DNA of 64,000 nt, taken from Deltaproteobacteria bacterium (GTDB taxonomy: Bacteria; Desulfobacterota; Binatia; HRBIN30; CADEER01). A program made the translations under genes and the position numbers. Under the pieces are notes generated by a model. The model did no database searches. It saw only the letters and a list, made by a program, of their open reading frames with translations, and had not been told where the DNA came from. The stretch lies in the NCBI GenBank assembly GCA_029262455.1, contig JAJCZJ010000088.1, positions 270,273 to 334,272 on the forward strand, written 5' to 3'. Each line of letters starts with the position of its first letter. Position 1 is the first letter of the stretch. Shown piece by piece: positions 9,934 to 19,448 of the stretch.

Positions 9934-10806
9934 ATGTCGCGACTCTTCCAACGGACGGCCTATTCCGCCGGCAGGATTCGGAGAGCGGAAGTGATCCGCG
10001 GGCCGACGGGCTCATTGCCGCGTTCGCGATCTGCACCGGCATTGGCCGCAGTGCTGAGCACGCTCGGGCTCACTGCGGTGGTTTACGGGCAGGTCGTAGA
10101 GCCGGTCGTGATCGCACCGACATGGACAGAATACGTCGATGCCCTGGGAGTGTTGGAGGCTAGAAGCGCCGACGCCGACGCGGTCGCCACGGCGCTCTTT
10201 CGGGTGCAGAACGAAATCGGCCGGCGAAGGCCCAGTTCTAGGAACAGGCCGCCGTGCGACGACGAGGGGCTGGCGTCCCTGGCGCCTCGCGCCGAGGTCC
10301 TCGGTGTCGCGTTGCGAGACCGATTGCAAGCTGCACGGGCGCAGGCGCGTCGCGTCGATCGGCTCGCTGCGGCGCCCACGGTCGCACCGTTGGTGGACGG
10401 CCGAACCGGCCATCGACGGGCGGTCGTCACGGATCGCGTGACCTCTTCGACCGACATGTACCTGGAAGCCGTGGCCTGGCACGAAGGCCAGGTCGCCGAC
10501 TTCATTCGTCGTTGCAATCCGCCGCTTGCCCTCGCTGAGGGATTGGCCGTACCAGGGCCGTCGGGGCTCGATCCCAACCCAGACGGCGAACGGCCGCGGG
10601 TCGCGGTCATCGCACTACAAGGAGGTCGGATTTGCCCCGCCGGGGCGGTCACCTCGGGTGTCGCAATCACGGACGGACAGGCCTGTTACGGGGACGAGGA
10701 CTGCTCGTGCGAGCCCGCAGTCGTACTTCCAGCCGCCGTGCTCGGACCCTCCGAAGGCCAAGCACCCGAGCCCTCACCGATCGCCAGCGCCGGGTCGGCG
10801 AAGTAA
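9934..10806 (+). CDS. Hypothetical Ala-rich protein, possibly secreted
   Basis: 290-aa ORF with a possible signal segment (PALAAVLSTLGLTAVVYGQV). Its 3' end overlaps the convergent gene by ~120 nt, which lowers confidence. Confidence 0.35.
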   Translation: MSRLFQRTAYSAGRIRRAEVIRGPTGSLPRSRSAPALAAVLSTLGLTAVVYGQVVEPVVIAPTWTEYVDALGVLEARSADADAVATALFRVQNEIGRRRPSSRNRPPCDDEGLASLAPRAEVLGVALRDRLQAARAQARRVDRLAAAPTVAPLVDGRTGHRRAVVTDRVTSSTDMYLEAVAWHEGQVADFIRRCNPPLALAEGLAVPGPSGLDPNPDGERPRVAVIALQGGRICPAGAVTSGVAITDGQACYGDEDCSCEPAVVLPAAVLGPSEGQAPEPSPIASAGSAK

Positions 10807-12332
10807 GCCTTGCGCAGGCTCTCGTCTGCTTCGGCCTGGCGGCCCGAGAGCTGGAGCGCCGTCGCGCGCAGGACCAGTGCCTCAGGATCCCAACGATCTC
10901 GCTCGAGAACTTCACTGGTGAAATCGAACGCTTGTTCGGGGCTCTCGGGTAGCACTGCGGCCGCCGCGACGAGGGAGTCCTCTCGACTTCGCGACGCAGG
11001 CAGACCCTCCCGCACGTGGAGATCGCCGGCTTTCAGCCGTGCCTTCCACCGGAGGCGCCGCGCAAGGTCGAAACGATGCAGCGACTCCGCCTCACGGGCG
11101 GCGTCCTCGTGCCGCCCGAGATCGTTTGCGAGAGCCATGCGCAAGGTTTTCGCCTCGGCGATCGCTCCGCGTGTGATGAGCTCTTCGAGCAGGTCATAGG
11201 CTTCGCGAAGGCGTCCCTCGCGCACTTGCAGCGCCACCCGGCGACGAATCGGCTCTGGAGCGTCGCGGTCTACGTCCGCCCACTCGGCCAGCAGGCGCTC
11301 GTAGTCGGCGCCCGGCCCCTCCCGTTCCGCGATGTCGACGCGCAACGCGACCACGGCGGGGTCACGCTCGTGGTGTCGCGACAGCCCGTCGAGAAGCGAC
11401 CGTGCAACTCGGGGCTCGCCGACGTCTAGATACGCGGCGGCGCGCGCCACGGGGAAACGGCTGTCCTCCGACCACTGCGTTGCCAACGACTCCCACGCCT
11501 GCAGCGCGCCCGCTGCGTCCCCCGACGCGGACAGTGCGGCAGCGACTCCGGCGCGAAGGGCGAGCCAGTCTCCCCCCGTCACGACACCCGCTTCGAAGGC
11601 CAGGCGCGCGCCTCCCGGGTCGTTGGCGGCGAGCCGGCGGCGGCCGGCGAGCCATTGCGCTGCGACCATCGTCGGGTCGACTCGCAGCGCAGCAGCCAGC
11701 GGCCCGAGGCGTCCGTAGGTGACGCCGGCCGGAAGCGGCAGGTCGTAGTCAGCGACGGCCGCCCTGCCCAGGAGCAAGCGCGCGTACCGGTCGGCGGACA
11801 CCGGTCGCCGCCACTTCTCGATCATCGCAGGCCCGGCCGGGCGGTGCAGAGTCGCCGCGCACCAGACGAGCGCCTCGGCGACACCTTGGCCAAGCTCCTC
11901 CGCGTCGCCCGACCAAGTCGTCTCAGCGTACGACGCGTCAGGCGGCGAGAGCCGCAGCCGGATCTCCAGTGCGCCGCCGGTCGAGAACGAGGAAACGATC
12001 ACCGCCAGGCCCCAGTGCTCGACCCCGTGGCGCAGCCAGCGGTCCAGACCGGGGGCAGATCGCCCGTTGTTCCACGAAACGACGACGCCGTCGATCTCGA
12101 TCAGCCCCATTTCCATCAAGACGGCCACCAGACCGGCTCTCTCGACGCGCCAACGATGGTCACCGCGGACCTCCGGCCTTTCGACCAGGATCCTGGCGAT
12201 TGGCGGAGGACGACCGGGCTCGAGACCGCCGGCACCGTCCGCGATCGTGCTGGTCTCGCTGCGACAGCCTGTGCCGACGGCGCTTGCCGCCACGGTCATC
12301 AGGATGTAGGCGCGTAGGGTGCGCAAGCTCAT
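10686..12332 (-). CDS. Putative lipoprotein with TPR-like helical repeats
   Basis: N-terminus MSLRTLRAYILMTVAASAVGTGC is a signal peptide with a lipobox-like Cys. The Ala/Leu/Arg-rich body is helical-repeat-like. Confidence 0.5.
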   Translation of the reverse strand: MSLRTLRAYILMTVAASAVGTGCRSETSTIADGAGGLEPGRPPPIARILVERPEVRGDHRWRVERAGLVAVLMEMGLIEIDGVVVSWNNGRSAPGLDRWLRHGVEHWGLAVIVSSFSTGGALEIRLRLSPPDASYAETTWSGDAEELGQGVAEALVWCAATLHRPAGPAMIEKWRRPVSADRYARLLLGRAAVADYDLPLPAGVTYGRLGPLAAALRVDPTMVAAQWLAGRRRLAANDPGGARLAFEAGVVTGGDWLALRAGVAAALSASGDAAGALQAWESLATQWSEDSRFPVARAAAYLDVGEPRVARSLLDGLSRHHERDPAVVALRVDIAEREGPGADYERLLAEWADVDRDAPEPIRRRVALQVREGRLREAYDLLEELITRGAIAEAKTLRMALANDLGRHEDAAREAESLHRFDLARRLRWKARLKAGDLHVREGLPASRSREDSLVAAAAVLPESPEQAFDFTSEVLERDRWDPEALVLRATALQLSGRQAEADESLRKAYFADPALAIGEGSGAWPSEGPSTAAGSTTAGSHEQSSSP

Positions 12333-14643
12333 TGGGTACCTCGCCGTCGTCTTGTCACTAGCCTTCCTTGTCGGCGCTGGCTACGGGCTGCATTGGTTCA
12401 ACCTGCACGTGTGGTCGGAGTTGCCGAGCGACCTGAGCTCGCTGCGCGACTTCCGCCCGCTGTCCAGCTGCCTCGTCTACGCGGCCGACGGTAGCCGCAT
12501 CGACCAATTCTACATCGAGCGCCGTATCTGGGTCCCCATCGACGAGATCCCACCGATCGTCTGGCAGGCCTTCGTCGCAATCGAAGACCGACGCTTCCTC
12601 GATCACAAGGGAATCGACCCCGTTGGCATCATGCGCGCGGCCGTGCGCAATATGCAAAGCGGCAACGTGATGGAAGGCGCCTCGACGATCACCCAGCAGA
12701 TCGTCAAGAACCTCTTGGTCGGCAACGATCGAACGTACCGCCGCAAACTCAAGGAAGCCGTTCTGGCGCTTCGCCTCGAGCGCGAGCTCGACAAGATGAC
12801 GCTGCTCGAGATCTATCTGAATCTGGTCTACCTGGGTGACGGAAACTACGGCGTCGGGGCGGCGGCAGAGGATTACTTCGGCCGGCCGGCACGCGAGCTC
12901 GACCCCGGACAAGCCGCAACTCTCGCCGGTCTGGTGGCGGCGCCGTCGCGACGCTCTCCGCGCAAGCACCCGCGGCGCGCCGCGGCGCATCGGCTCCAGG
13001 TGCTTGCAAGCATGGTCACCGGCGGCTACCTGTCCGCGGCGGCGGCGGCGGGCTACGAGGGTGATCCGGTGTACGCTCCCTTGCAGGCCGCGGAGCCGCG
13101 CACGCGAGCCGCGGCCTACCAGACCGTCGTGCGGCGGGAGATCCGCACGCTGCTCGGCCGGCAGGCGCCGTTTCGTCTCGGACTGCGTGTACACACCGCC
13201 CTCGACCTGGATATTCAAGAAACCGCCGAAGACGCTCTGCGGAAGGCGCTGCAGGCAATCGACGAACGGCAGGGCCGCCGCGGGCGGGTGGCCGTGTTGT
13301 CGCAGTCGGAGGTCGAGGCCTTCCTGCGGCGAGCGCCTGGACTGCCGGCGCCGGCCGGGCATGACGCCCCGCCCGAACCGCAGGCAGGGAGCTGCTTTCC
13401 CGCTGTGCTCGGCCGAGCCGGGCTGGACGAGCTGCGTGCCGCGTCTTGGTCGTATCGGATGCGGGACGATCAGCGCGAGGTTCTCGTGTACGCTGGAGAG
13501 CGCGGCGAAGCTCCCTTGCGGGAGATGGTCCGCGAAGGCGACATTCTGCAGGTATGTCTCGACCAGAACGGCGAGGCAGGGTTGGACACGACGCCGCGCG
13601 CAGAGGGAGCAGTGGTCGTGATCGAGAACCAGACCGGCTACGTCCGCGCGATCGTCGGCGGATATCGTGACCGACTCGAAGGGTTTGTCCGAGCCACACA
13701 GGCACGCCGGCAACCCGGCAGCAGCTTCAAGCCCTACGTCTACGCCACCGCACTGGTGGCAGGGCGCCGGCAGACTTCGCGTGTGCTCGACGGCCCGTTG
13801 TCGCTGCCGGCGGGAAACGGCAAGGTCTGGAGCCCAGGCAACTTCGGCGATCGGTATCTCGGGTGGGTGCGAATGCGCGAGGCGTTGGCAGCCAGCCTCA
13901 ACTCGGTGGCAGTCCGCCTGGCTGTGGAGGTCGGCGTCCCTGCGGTGGTGCAGACGGCTCGGGCGATGGGTGTTCGTTCGCCGCTCGAGAGCAATGCGGC
14001 GCTGGCACTCGGCGCCAGCGAGGTGACCCCGATGGATCAGGCGCTCGGATACGCCACGATTGCTCGTCAGGGAGTCCCCACTGATCCAATTTTCATCCTC
14101 TCGCTGCAGGATGATCGGGGCGGCGTCGTTGCGCAGGCCGGCCAACGGTTACCGAGCGATCTCGGCGGTGCGCGGCTACCCGGCGGCCCTCTGCCACGAG
14201 CCCTGCCTGCAGGAGTGGCCTACGAGCTCGCCGACATGCTGCGCAACGTCGTCGAGTCGGGAACGGGCAGGCGGGCCTTCGATCCGGATGGTGATCGCGC
14301 TGGCAAGACGGGTACGACCAACGGTTTCGCAGACGCATGGTTCGTCGGATTCACCTCGCGCTATACGATCGCAGTCTGGATCGGCACCGACGACCGGGAG
14401 CCGTTGGGCCACGGGGAGACCGGATCGCGCGCCGCTCTCCCGGCCTGGCTGCGAATCGTCGAATCGCTGCCCCACCCTCAAGGCGCACGCTTTGCCGTCC
14501 CCGACGAGGCCGTTATCGTTCGCGTCGGCGAACGCTGGCTCGGCTTTCCTCGCGGCCGCGCCCCGCGCGATAGCCTACCACGGGCGACAGCTTCGGACGC
14601 CCCGCTTCCTCCCTTCCTCCGTCGGTCGGCGCTCAGGCACTGA
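12319..14643 (+). CDS. mrcA: Penicillin-binding protein 1A (bifunctional transglycosylase/transpeptidase)
   Basis: An N-terminal TM anchor, the GT51 motifs AFVAIEDRRFLDHKGIDP and EGASTITQQIVKNL, and a transpeptidase region with GSSFKP. GTG start. Confidence 0.85.
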   Translation: MRKLIGYLAVVLSLAFLVGAGYGLHWFNLHVWSELPSDLSSLRDFRPLSSCLVYAADGSRIDQFYIERRIWVPIDEIPPIVWQAFVAIEDRRFLDHKGIDPVGIMRAAVRNMQSGNVMEGASTITQQIVKNLLVGNDRTYRRKLKEAVLALRLERELDKMTLLEIYLNLVYLGDGNYGVGAAAEDYFGRPARELDPGQAATLAGLVAAPSRRSPRKHPRRAAAHRLQVLASMVTGGYLSAAAAAGYEGDPVYAPLQAAEPRTRAAAYQTVVRREIRTLLGRQAPFRLGLRVHTALDLDIQETAEDALRKALQAIDERQGRRGRVAVLSQSEVEAFLRRAPGLPAPAGHDAPPEPQAGSCFPAVLGRAGLDELRAASWSYRMRDDQREVLVYAGERGEAPLREMVREGDILQVCLDQNGEAGLDTTPRAEGAVVVIENQTGYVRAIVGGYRDRLEGFVRATQARRQPGSSFKPYVYATALVAGRRQTSRVLDGPLSLPAGNGKVWSPGNFGDRYLGWVRMREALAASLNSVAVRLAVEVGVPAVVQTARAMGVRSPLESNAALALGASEVTPMDQALGYATIARQGVPTDPIFILSLQDDRGGVVAQAGQRLPSDLGGARLPGGPLPRALPAGVAYELADMLRNVVESGTGRRAFDPDGDRAGKTGTTNGFADAWFVGFTSRYTIAVWIGTDDREPLGHGETGSRAALPAWLRIVESLPHPQGARFAVPDEAVIVRVGERWLGFPRGRAPRDSLPRATASDAPLPPFLRRSALRH

Positions 14644-14684
14644 TTGATGCGAGGAGCAACCTCCGATCAGCAGGAAGCTACGCC

Positions 14685-15956
14685 ATGAGGGCCACCCTGG
14701 CACCTGTAGCTGCTCTGCTGCTCAGCGTCGCACTCCTGCTGATGGGCAACGGCCTTCAGGGGACGCTACTGCCGGTCCGCGCTCAACTCGAGAAGTTCTC
14801 GACGTTCGATATCGGTGTTCTTGGGTCGTGCTATTTCCTCGGCTTTGCGGCCGGGTGCTATCTGGGGCCCTACGTGGTGCGGCGTGTCGGGCACATCCGC
14901 GCTTTTACGGCGACGGTTTCGCTCGCCTCGACCTTGGTGCTCGTCCACGCCTTGGTAGTTCAACCGTCTCTCTGGTGGTCGATAAGGGCGCTGACCGGGT
15001 TTTGTTTTGCCATCCTCTACATGGTGATTGAGAGTTGGCTTAGTGAAAAATCGACCAACGAGAACCGCGGCGTTGTGTTTTCCTTGTACACGATCATCAA
15101 TTTCACCGTCGTGACACTTGGGCAGATGATGTTGACGCTCGGCGACCCTACGGCCTTCCCCCTTTTTGCTGCGGCTTCCATCCTGGTGTCACTCGCTGCC
15201 CTCCCGGTTGCGCTGACCAGTGCACCGGCGCCGGCGCCGATCGCGACCGTAAAAATCCGCGTTCGTCACCTCTACGAATCCTCGCCCGTCGCGGTTGCCG
15301 GTGTCCTGGTCGTAGGATTTGCGAACGGCTCGTTCTGGGCGCTTGGGCCAGTCTTCGCATTAAGCAATCCTTTCATCTCGGGAACGACTGGAATCGCGTT
15401 GTTCATGAGCACCGCCGTTATTGCGGGCGCTGCCGGGCAGTGGCCGCTTGGACGTCTTTCGGATAAGATCGATCGCCGCAAGGTCATTGTGATTTCTTGT
15501 GCTGGTGCGGCCTTGGCAGGTATCGGGATGAGCATTTTCGCAGACCGGTGGGAACAGGCTGTGTATGCTTTCGCATTTCTCTTCGGAGTTTTCGCGTTTC
15601 CGCTGTATTCCTTGTCTGCCGCGCACATGAACGATTCCGTGGAACCGGGTGGCTTCGTGGAGGCCTCCAGCGGCCTCCTCTTGCTCTATGCCGTCGGGGC
15701 CGTTCTTGGCCCGCTGATGGCCGCGTCGACCATGCGTATCGCGGGGCCGAATGGACTGTTCCTTTACACTGCGGCGGCACACGCCGTGATGGTCCTGTTC
15801 GCCGCTTACCGACTTCATCGCAGCCCGCGCCCGACAGACGATCAACGCGAGCCCTTCATGGATTCGGTTCGCGTCGCGCAGACCATCGTCCCGCTCGATC
15901 CTCTCGACCCACTCGACCCACTCGTGGAGCATCCGCCAGAGAGGCCGGAAGAGTAG
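14685..15956 (+). CDS. MFS transporter
   Basis: 12-TM-like hydrophobic profile. An AGGAAG RBS precedes the ATG. Confidence 0.8.
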   Translation: MRATLAPVAALLLSVALLLMGNGLQGTLLPVRAQLEKFSTFDIGVLGSCYFLGFAAGCYLGPYVVRRVGHIRAFTATVSLASTLVLVHALVVQPSLWWSIRALTGFCFAILYMVIESWLSEKSTNENRGVVFSLYTIINFTVVTLGQMMLTLGDPTAFPLFAAASILVSLAALPVALTSAPAPAPIATVKIRVRHLYESSPVAVAGVLVVGFANGSFWALGPVFALSNPFISGTTGIALFMSTAVIAGAAGQWPLGRLSDKIDRRKVIVISCAGAALAGIGMSIFADRWEQAVYAFAFLFGVFAFPLYSLSAAHMNDSVEPGGFVEASSGLLLLYAVGAVLGPLMAASTMRIAGPNGLFLYTAAAHAVMVLFAAYRLHRSPRPTDDQREPFMDSVRVAQTIVPLDPLDPLDPLVEHPPERPEE

Positions 15957-16076
15957 CGGGCAGGTGAAAGGCTTGCGAGTCCCGGGCAGGCGGGTATCCG
16001 TTTGCTCTGGATGCGGGTGCCCTCGACCTGATAGACGGGAGCTGGAGTTCCGGCATCGCTGGAGCCCAAACTCCTC

Positions 16077-16913
16077 TTGAGACTTCTCCCCTCAGCGTCG
16101 CTTTTTCACCGCAGTGAACGCAAACGGACCCCAGCAATCGCCAACAGACCGAGGACTGAATTGCACCCAACCCTATTCGGAACCGTTGCATCGTACTCCG
16201 TGTTTTTCACACTGGCCGTCGGAGTTGGCTTGGTTGTCTCTTTCATTTTGGCACATCGCTCCGGAGTCCTCACCCGCGACTATGCGCTCGCGATCATCGT
16301 CGTCGCCGCCGCGACCCTTGTCGGAGCGAAGCTGTACGGATCGATCGAACGCGGGGGTGAGTTCGCACCACTCTCGGCTGAACTGTTCGCCGGCTATCGA
16401 GCTCCGGGAGCGGTACTCGGTGCTGCCTTGGCGCTCTCACTGTTACAAAGATTCCTCGCCGTTCGACCCTGGGCCGTTGCTGACATTCTCGCTCCTGGCG
16501 CAGCCTTTGGAATGGCCGTGTTCAGAATCGGGTGCTTGCTAGCAGGGTGTTGCGTAGGATCCGTCTGCGAGCTTCCGTGGGCAATTCGGCTCCCCCGAGA
16601 GACCTTGCTCTGGCACAAGCACGTTGGAGAAGGATTGCTTCCGAGCACCGCTGGCGCGAGTTTGCCGGTACACCCATTCGCTCTCTACCTCGGCGGATGG
16701 TCGATGATCGTTGGGCTCGCAGTTTCCTTGTACTTGCGAAGCAAGCCCAAAGAAGGCCAGGTCTTTCTCGCGTACATTGCGCTCGCCGGCCTCGGAAAAT
16801 TCGTGATCGAGAACTACCGATCCACAAACCTTCCCCATATCCAGTACGCGGCACTGGCGAGCGGCCTAATCGGCGCAGCACTCTTCCTCTACCGGCGGCC
16901 CGTGATCCACTAG
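16077..16913 (+). CDS. lgt: Prolipoprotein diacylglyceryl transferase (Lgt-like)
   Basis: LHPTLFG near the N-terminus, FRIGCLLAGCCVG (compare Lgt GRLGNFINGELWG), HPFALYL and GLGKFVIENYR match conserved Lgt blocks. The start codon is uncertain. Confidence 0.6.
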   Translation: MRLLPSASLFHRSERKRTPAIANRPRTELHPTLFGTVASYSVFFTLAVGVGLVVSFILAHRSGVLTRDYALAIIVVAAATLVGAKLYGSIERGGEFAPLSAELFAGYRAPGAVLGAALALSLLQRFLAVRPWAVADILAPGAAFGMAVFRIGCLLAGCCVGSVCELPWAIRLPRETLLWHKHVGEGLLPSTAGASLPVHPFALYLGGWSMIVGLAVSLYLRSKPKEGQVFLAYIALAGLGKFVIENYRSTNLPHIQYAALASGLIGAALFLYRRPVIH

Positions 16914-16957
16914 AAGGAGGGAGCGTCAGACGGCGCCAAGCGTGCTATTTGTTCACC

Positions 16958-17821
16958 ATGCGCGCTTTCATAGTTTTCTCGCTGGCCGGCGCATTGGCCG
17001 GATTCGCTCCCGTCCATGCCCTCACAAAAAGCATAGGGTGCGGCACTGCCGGTACCTTCGGTCGCCGCATCGAACGACAAATCGAGGTTACCGGGACAAC
17101 GCGGCACTTCATTCTCGACGTCCCAAAGGGCATCGACGCCGAACATCCCGCTGCCCTGCTGTTTGACTTCCACGGTTTCGGACACAGCGGGGCCGGAGTA
17201 TGGAGTGTTTCGGAATTCCGCAAGCTCGCCGAATCCAAGCGCTTCGTCACCGCATATCCGACCGGACTGCCGATCAAGATCGAACTACGCGGTCAATCGC
17301 ACACCGGACCCGGTTGGGAGATGGAGGCGATCGAGGGCAACCGCGACATCGCCTTCACCCGCGCCATGATCGAGGAGATCGGTCGCCAGTACTGCATCGA
17401 TCTCGATCGAGTCTACGCCACCGGATTTTCAAACGGCGCCTTCTTCTCATCACTGCTGGGTTGCGAGATGAGCGATACCTTTGCCGCCGTTGCACCCGTA
17501 TCAGGCGGCGGACTGCGGTCGGCGTGTAAACCGAAGAGAGCGGTTCCGATACTCATCCATCACGGCACCAAGGATGATCTGATCACGATCGACCGGGCGC
17601 GCGCCGGACGCGACCAATGGCTCGAGGCCAACGGTTGCCAGGATCGTGGTAAACCCGCCCCCTCGGCTCCCAATTGCCACAACTACGACCAATGCGCTGC
17701 CGGTGTCGTCTACTGTGAGGAAGACGTCGCACATCGCTGGCCCGCACAGGCAACTGGTCGGATTTGGAGTTTTTTCGAAGCCCGCACGCGGAGCGTTGGA
17801 CGAGCCGGCAATCCAAGATAG
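16958..17821 (+). CDS. Secreted esterase, PHB-depolymerase family (alpha/beta hydrolase)
   Basis: Signal peptide [32 protein letters not shown], a GFSNGA nucleophile elbow and IHHGTKDD. Confidence 0.7.
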   Translation: MRAFIVFSLAGALAGFAPVHALTKSIGCGTAGTFGRRIERQIEVTGTTRHFILDVPKGIDAEHPAALLFDFHGFGHSGAGVWSVSEFRKLAESKRFVTAYPTGLPIKIELRGQSHTGPGWEMEAIEGNRDIAFTRAMIEEIGRQYCIDLDRVYATGFSNGAFFSSLLGCEMSDTFAAVAPVSGGGLRSACKPKRAVPILIHHGTKDDLITIDRARAGRDQWLEANGCQDRGKPAPSAPNCHNYDQCAAGVVYCEEDVAHRWPAQATGRIWSFFEARTRSVGRAGNPR

Positions 17822-17900
17822 AAATGGGTACAATGAAGAACCCAGCACGTTGCCAGCCGACCACATCCGGCCCACGAGGAACGCAGAGGTACACCCTGCC

Positions 17901-18983
17901 ATGAGTTCATCGTTCGGCCAATTGTTCCGCATCAGTACCTTCGGGGAATCGCACGGTGGCGGTGTTGGGGTGGTCGTAGACGGATGCCCGCCGCGTCTGC
18001 CGATCACCGTCGAAGAGATCCAACGCGATCTCGATCGACGCAAGCCCGGCCAGAGCAAACTCACGACACCACGTGGCGAAGCCGACGAAGCAGAAATTCT
18101 GTCAGGTGTCTTCGAGGGGCAAACGCTCGGCACACCGATCGGGATCCTCGTCCGAAACAAAGACGCACGACCAAGCGCCTACGAAGACTTCAAAGACGTC
18201 TACCGCCCGTCTCACGCCGACTACACCTACGAGGCGAAGTACGGCATTCGCAATTGGCAAGGTGGCGGGCGCGCTTCGGCCCGCGAAACCATCGGGCGGG
18301 TAGCCGCCGGGGCGATCGCTCGAAAGCTGCTGCAGCAAGAGACTGGCTTGGAGGTTCTCGCCTATGTCAGTCGCGTAAACGACATCCGCGCCGAGATCGA
18401 CACCGACAACGTGACTCTCGAACAGGTGGAGGCGAACATCGCGCGTTGCCCCGACGCCAAAACCGCCGAGGCAATGATCGAACGCATCGACAGTGCACGC
18501 AAGGACGGTGACTCACTCGGTGGGGTCGTCGAATGCGTCTGCCGCAACGTGCCGCCCGGCCTGGGCGAACCCGTTTTCGACAAACTCGAGGCAGATCTCG
18601 CGCACGCTACGATGTCCCTTCCCGCGTCCAAAGGTTTTGAAATTGGCAGCGGGTTCGCCGGCACCGAGTTAACGGGCATCGAGCACAACGATCCTTTTAC
18701 GATCAAGGATGGGCGCGTGCGTACCACGTCGAACCGCTCCGGCGGAGTGCAGGGTGGAATCAGCAACGGCGAATCCATCATCTTTCGTGTTGCCTTCAAG
18801 CCAACCGCAACGATCCGCAAGCCACAAGATACCGTAGACAGCAGCGGCACCGCCCGGGTGCTCGAAGCCAAGGGCCGACACGACCCGTGTGTGTTGCCTC
18901 GGGCCGTGCCAATGGTGGAAGCGATGGCGTGCCTGGTACTCGCAGATCACTATCTGCGCCAGCGCGCGCAGACCGGCAAGTAA
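17901..18983 (+). CDS. aroC: Chorismate synthase
   Basis: [31 protein letters not shown] and [19 protein letters not shown] are AroC signatures. GAGG precedes the ATG. Confidence 0.9.
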   Translation: MSSSFGQLFRISTFGESHGGGVGVVVDGCPPRLPITVEEIQRDLDRRKPGQSKLTTPRGEADEAEILSGVFEGQTLGTPIGILVRNKDARPSAYEDFKDVYRPSHADYTYEAKYGIRNWQGGGRASARETIGRVAAGAIARKLLQQETGLEVLAYVSRVNDIRAEIDTDNVTLEQVEANIARCPDAKTAEAMIERIDSARKDGDSLGGVVECVCRNVPPGLGEPVFDKLEADLAHATMSLPASKGFEIGSGFAGTELTGIEHNDPFTIKDGRVRTTSNRSGGVQGGISNGESIIFRVAFKPTATIRKPQDTVDSSGTARVLEAKGRHDPCVLPRAVPMVEAMACLVLADHYLRQRAQTGK

Positions 18984-19000
18984 TTCGTCAGCCGGATCCG

Positions 19001-19411
19001 CTAGTGCAGAGTCTCTTCGTCGTCGGATTGGGTCTCGAACGATGGCGACACCCCGCCGGCTTGATGGTGTACCAGTCGCCAAGCGGCGTCTTCGACGACG
19101 AAAATGTTGGTCGCCACCAGCTTGCCCGAAGGCAGCAGCTCTTCGCAGGTCACGAACGCGGCGTCGCCCAGGATTGCAACCTCCGCATTCCTGCACTGGA
19201 CCGTAGGCGATCCCGGACCGTCAAGAATGCTCCGCCAACTCGCCAAGACACGGTCTCGTCCCCGCAATACAGGCCACCCGGGATGAATGCATGCAACCGG
19301 CGACTGCGCCGCCCACACTTTCTCCAATCCGTCAAAGTCGCACTCGTTGAAAGCGCGATAGAATTCCGCATTGACGGCGAGCACGGCTTCACGTTGCATA
19401 GGTACCGCCAT
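19001..19411 (-). CDS. SnoaL-like / NTF2-like (DUF4440-type) small protein
   Basis: MAVPMQREAVLAVNAEFYRAFNECDFDGLEKVWA...VACIHPGW is a typical NTF2-like fold sequence. Start chosen at an internal ATG. Confidence 0.5.
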   Translation of the reverse strand: MAVPMQREAVLAVNAEFYRAFNECDFDGLEKVWAAQSPVACIHPGWPVLRGRDRVLASWRSILDGPGSPTVQCRNAEVAILGDAAFVTCEELLPSGKLVATNIFVVEDAAWRLVHHQAGGVSPSFETQSDDEETLH

Positions 19412-19448
19412 CTCGCACTGTGGACTCCGGGTCAAGGGAACAACTGAA

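Noticed and set aside
16532-16957. N-terminal 142-aa extension of the esterase ORF
   Set aside because: It overlaps the Lgt gene. The true start is the ATG at 16958, which gives a clean signal peptide.
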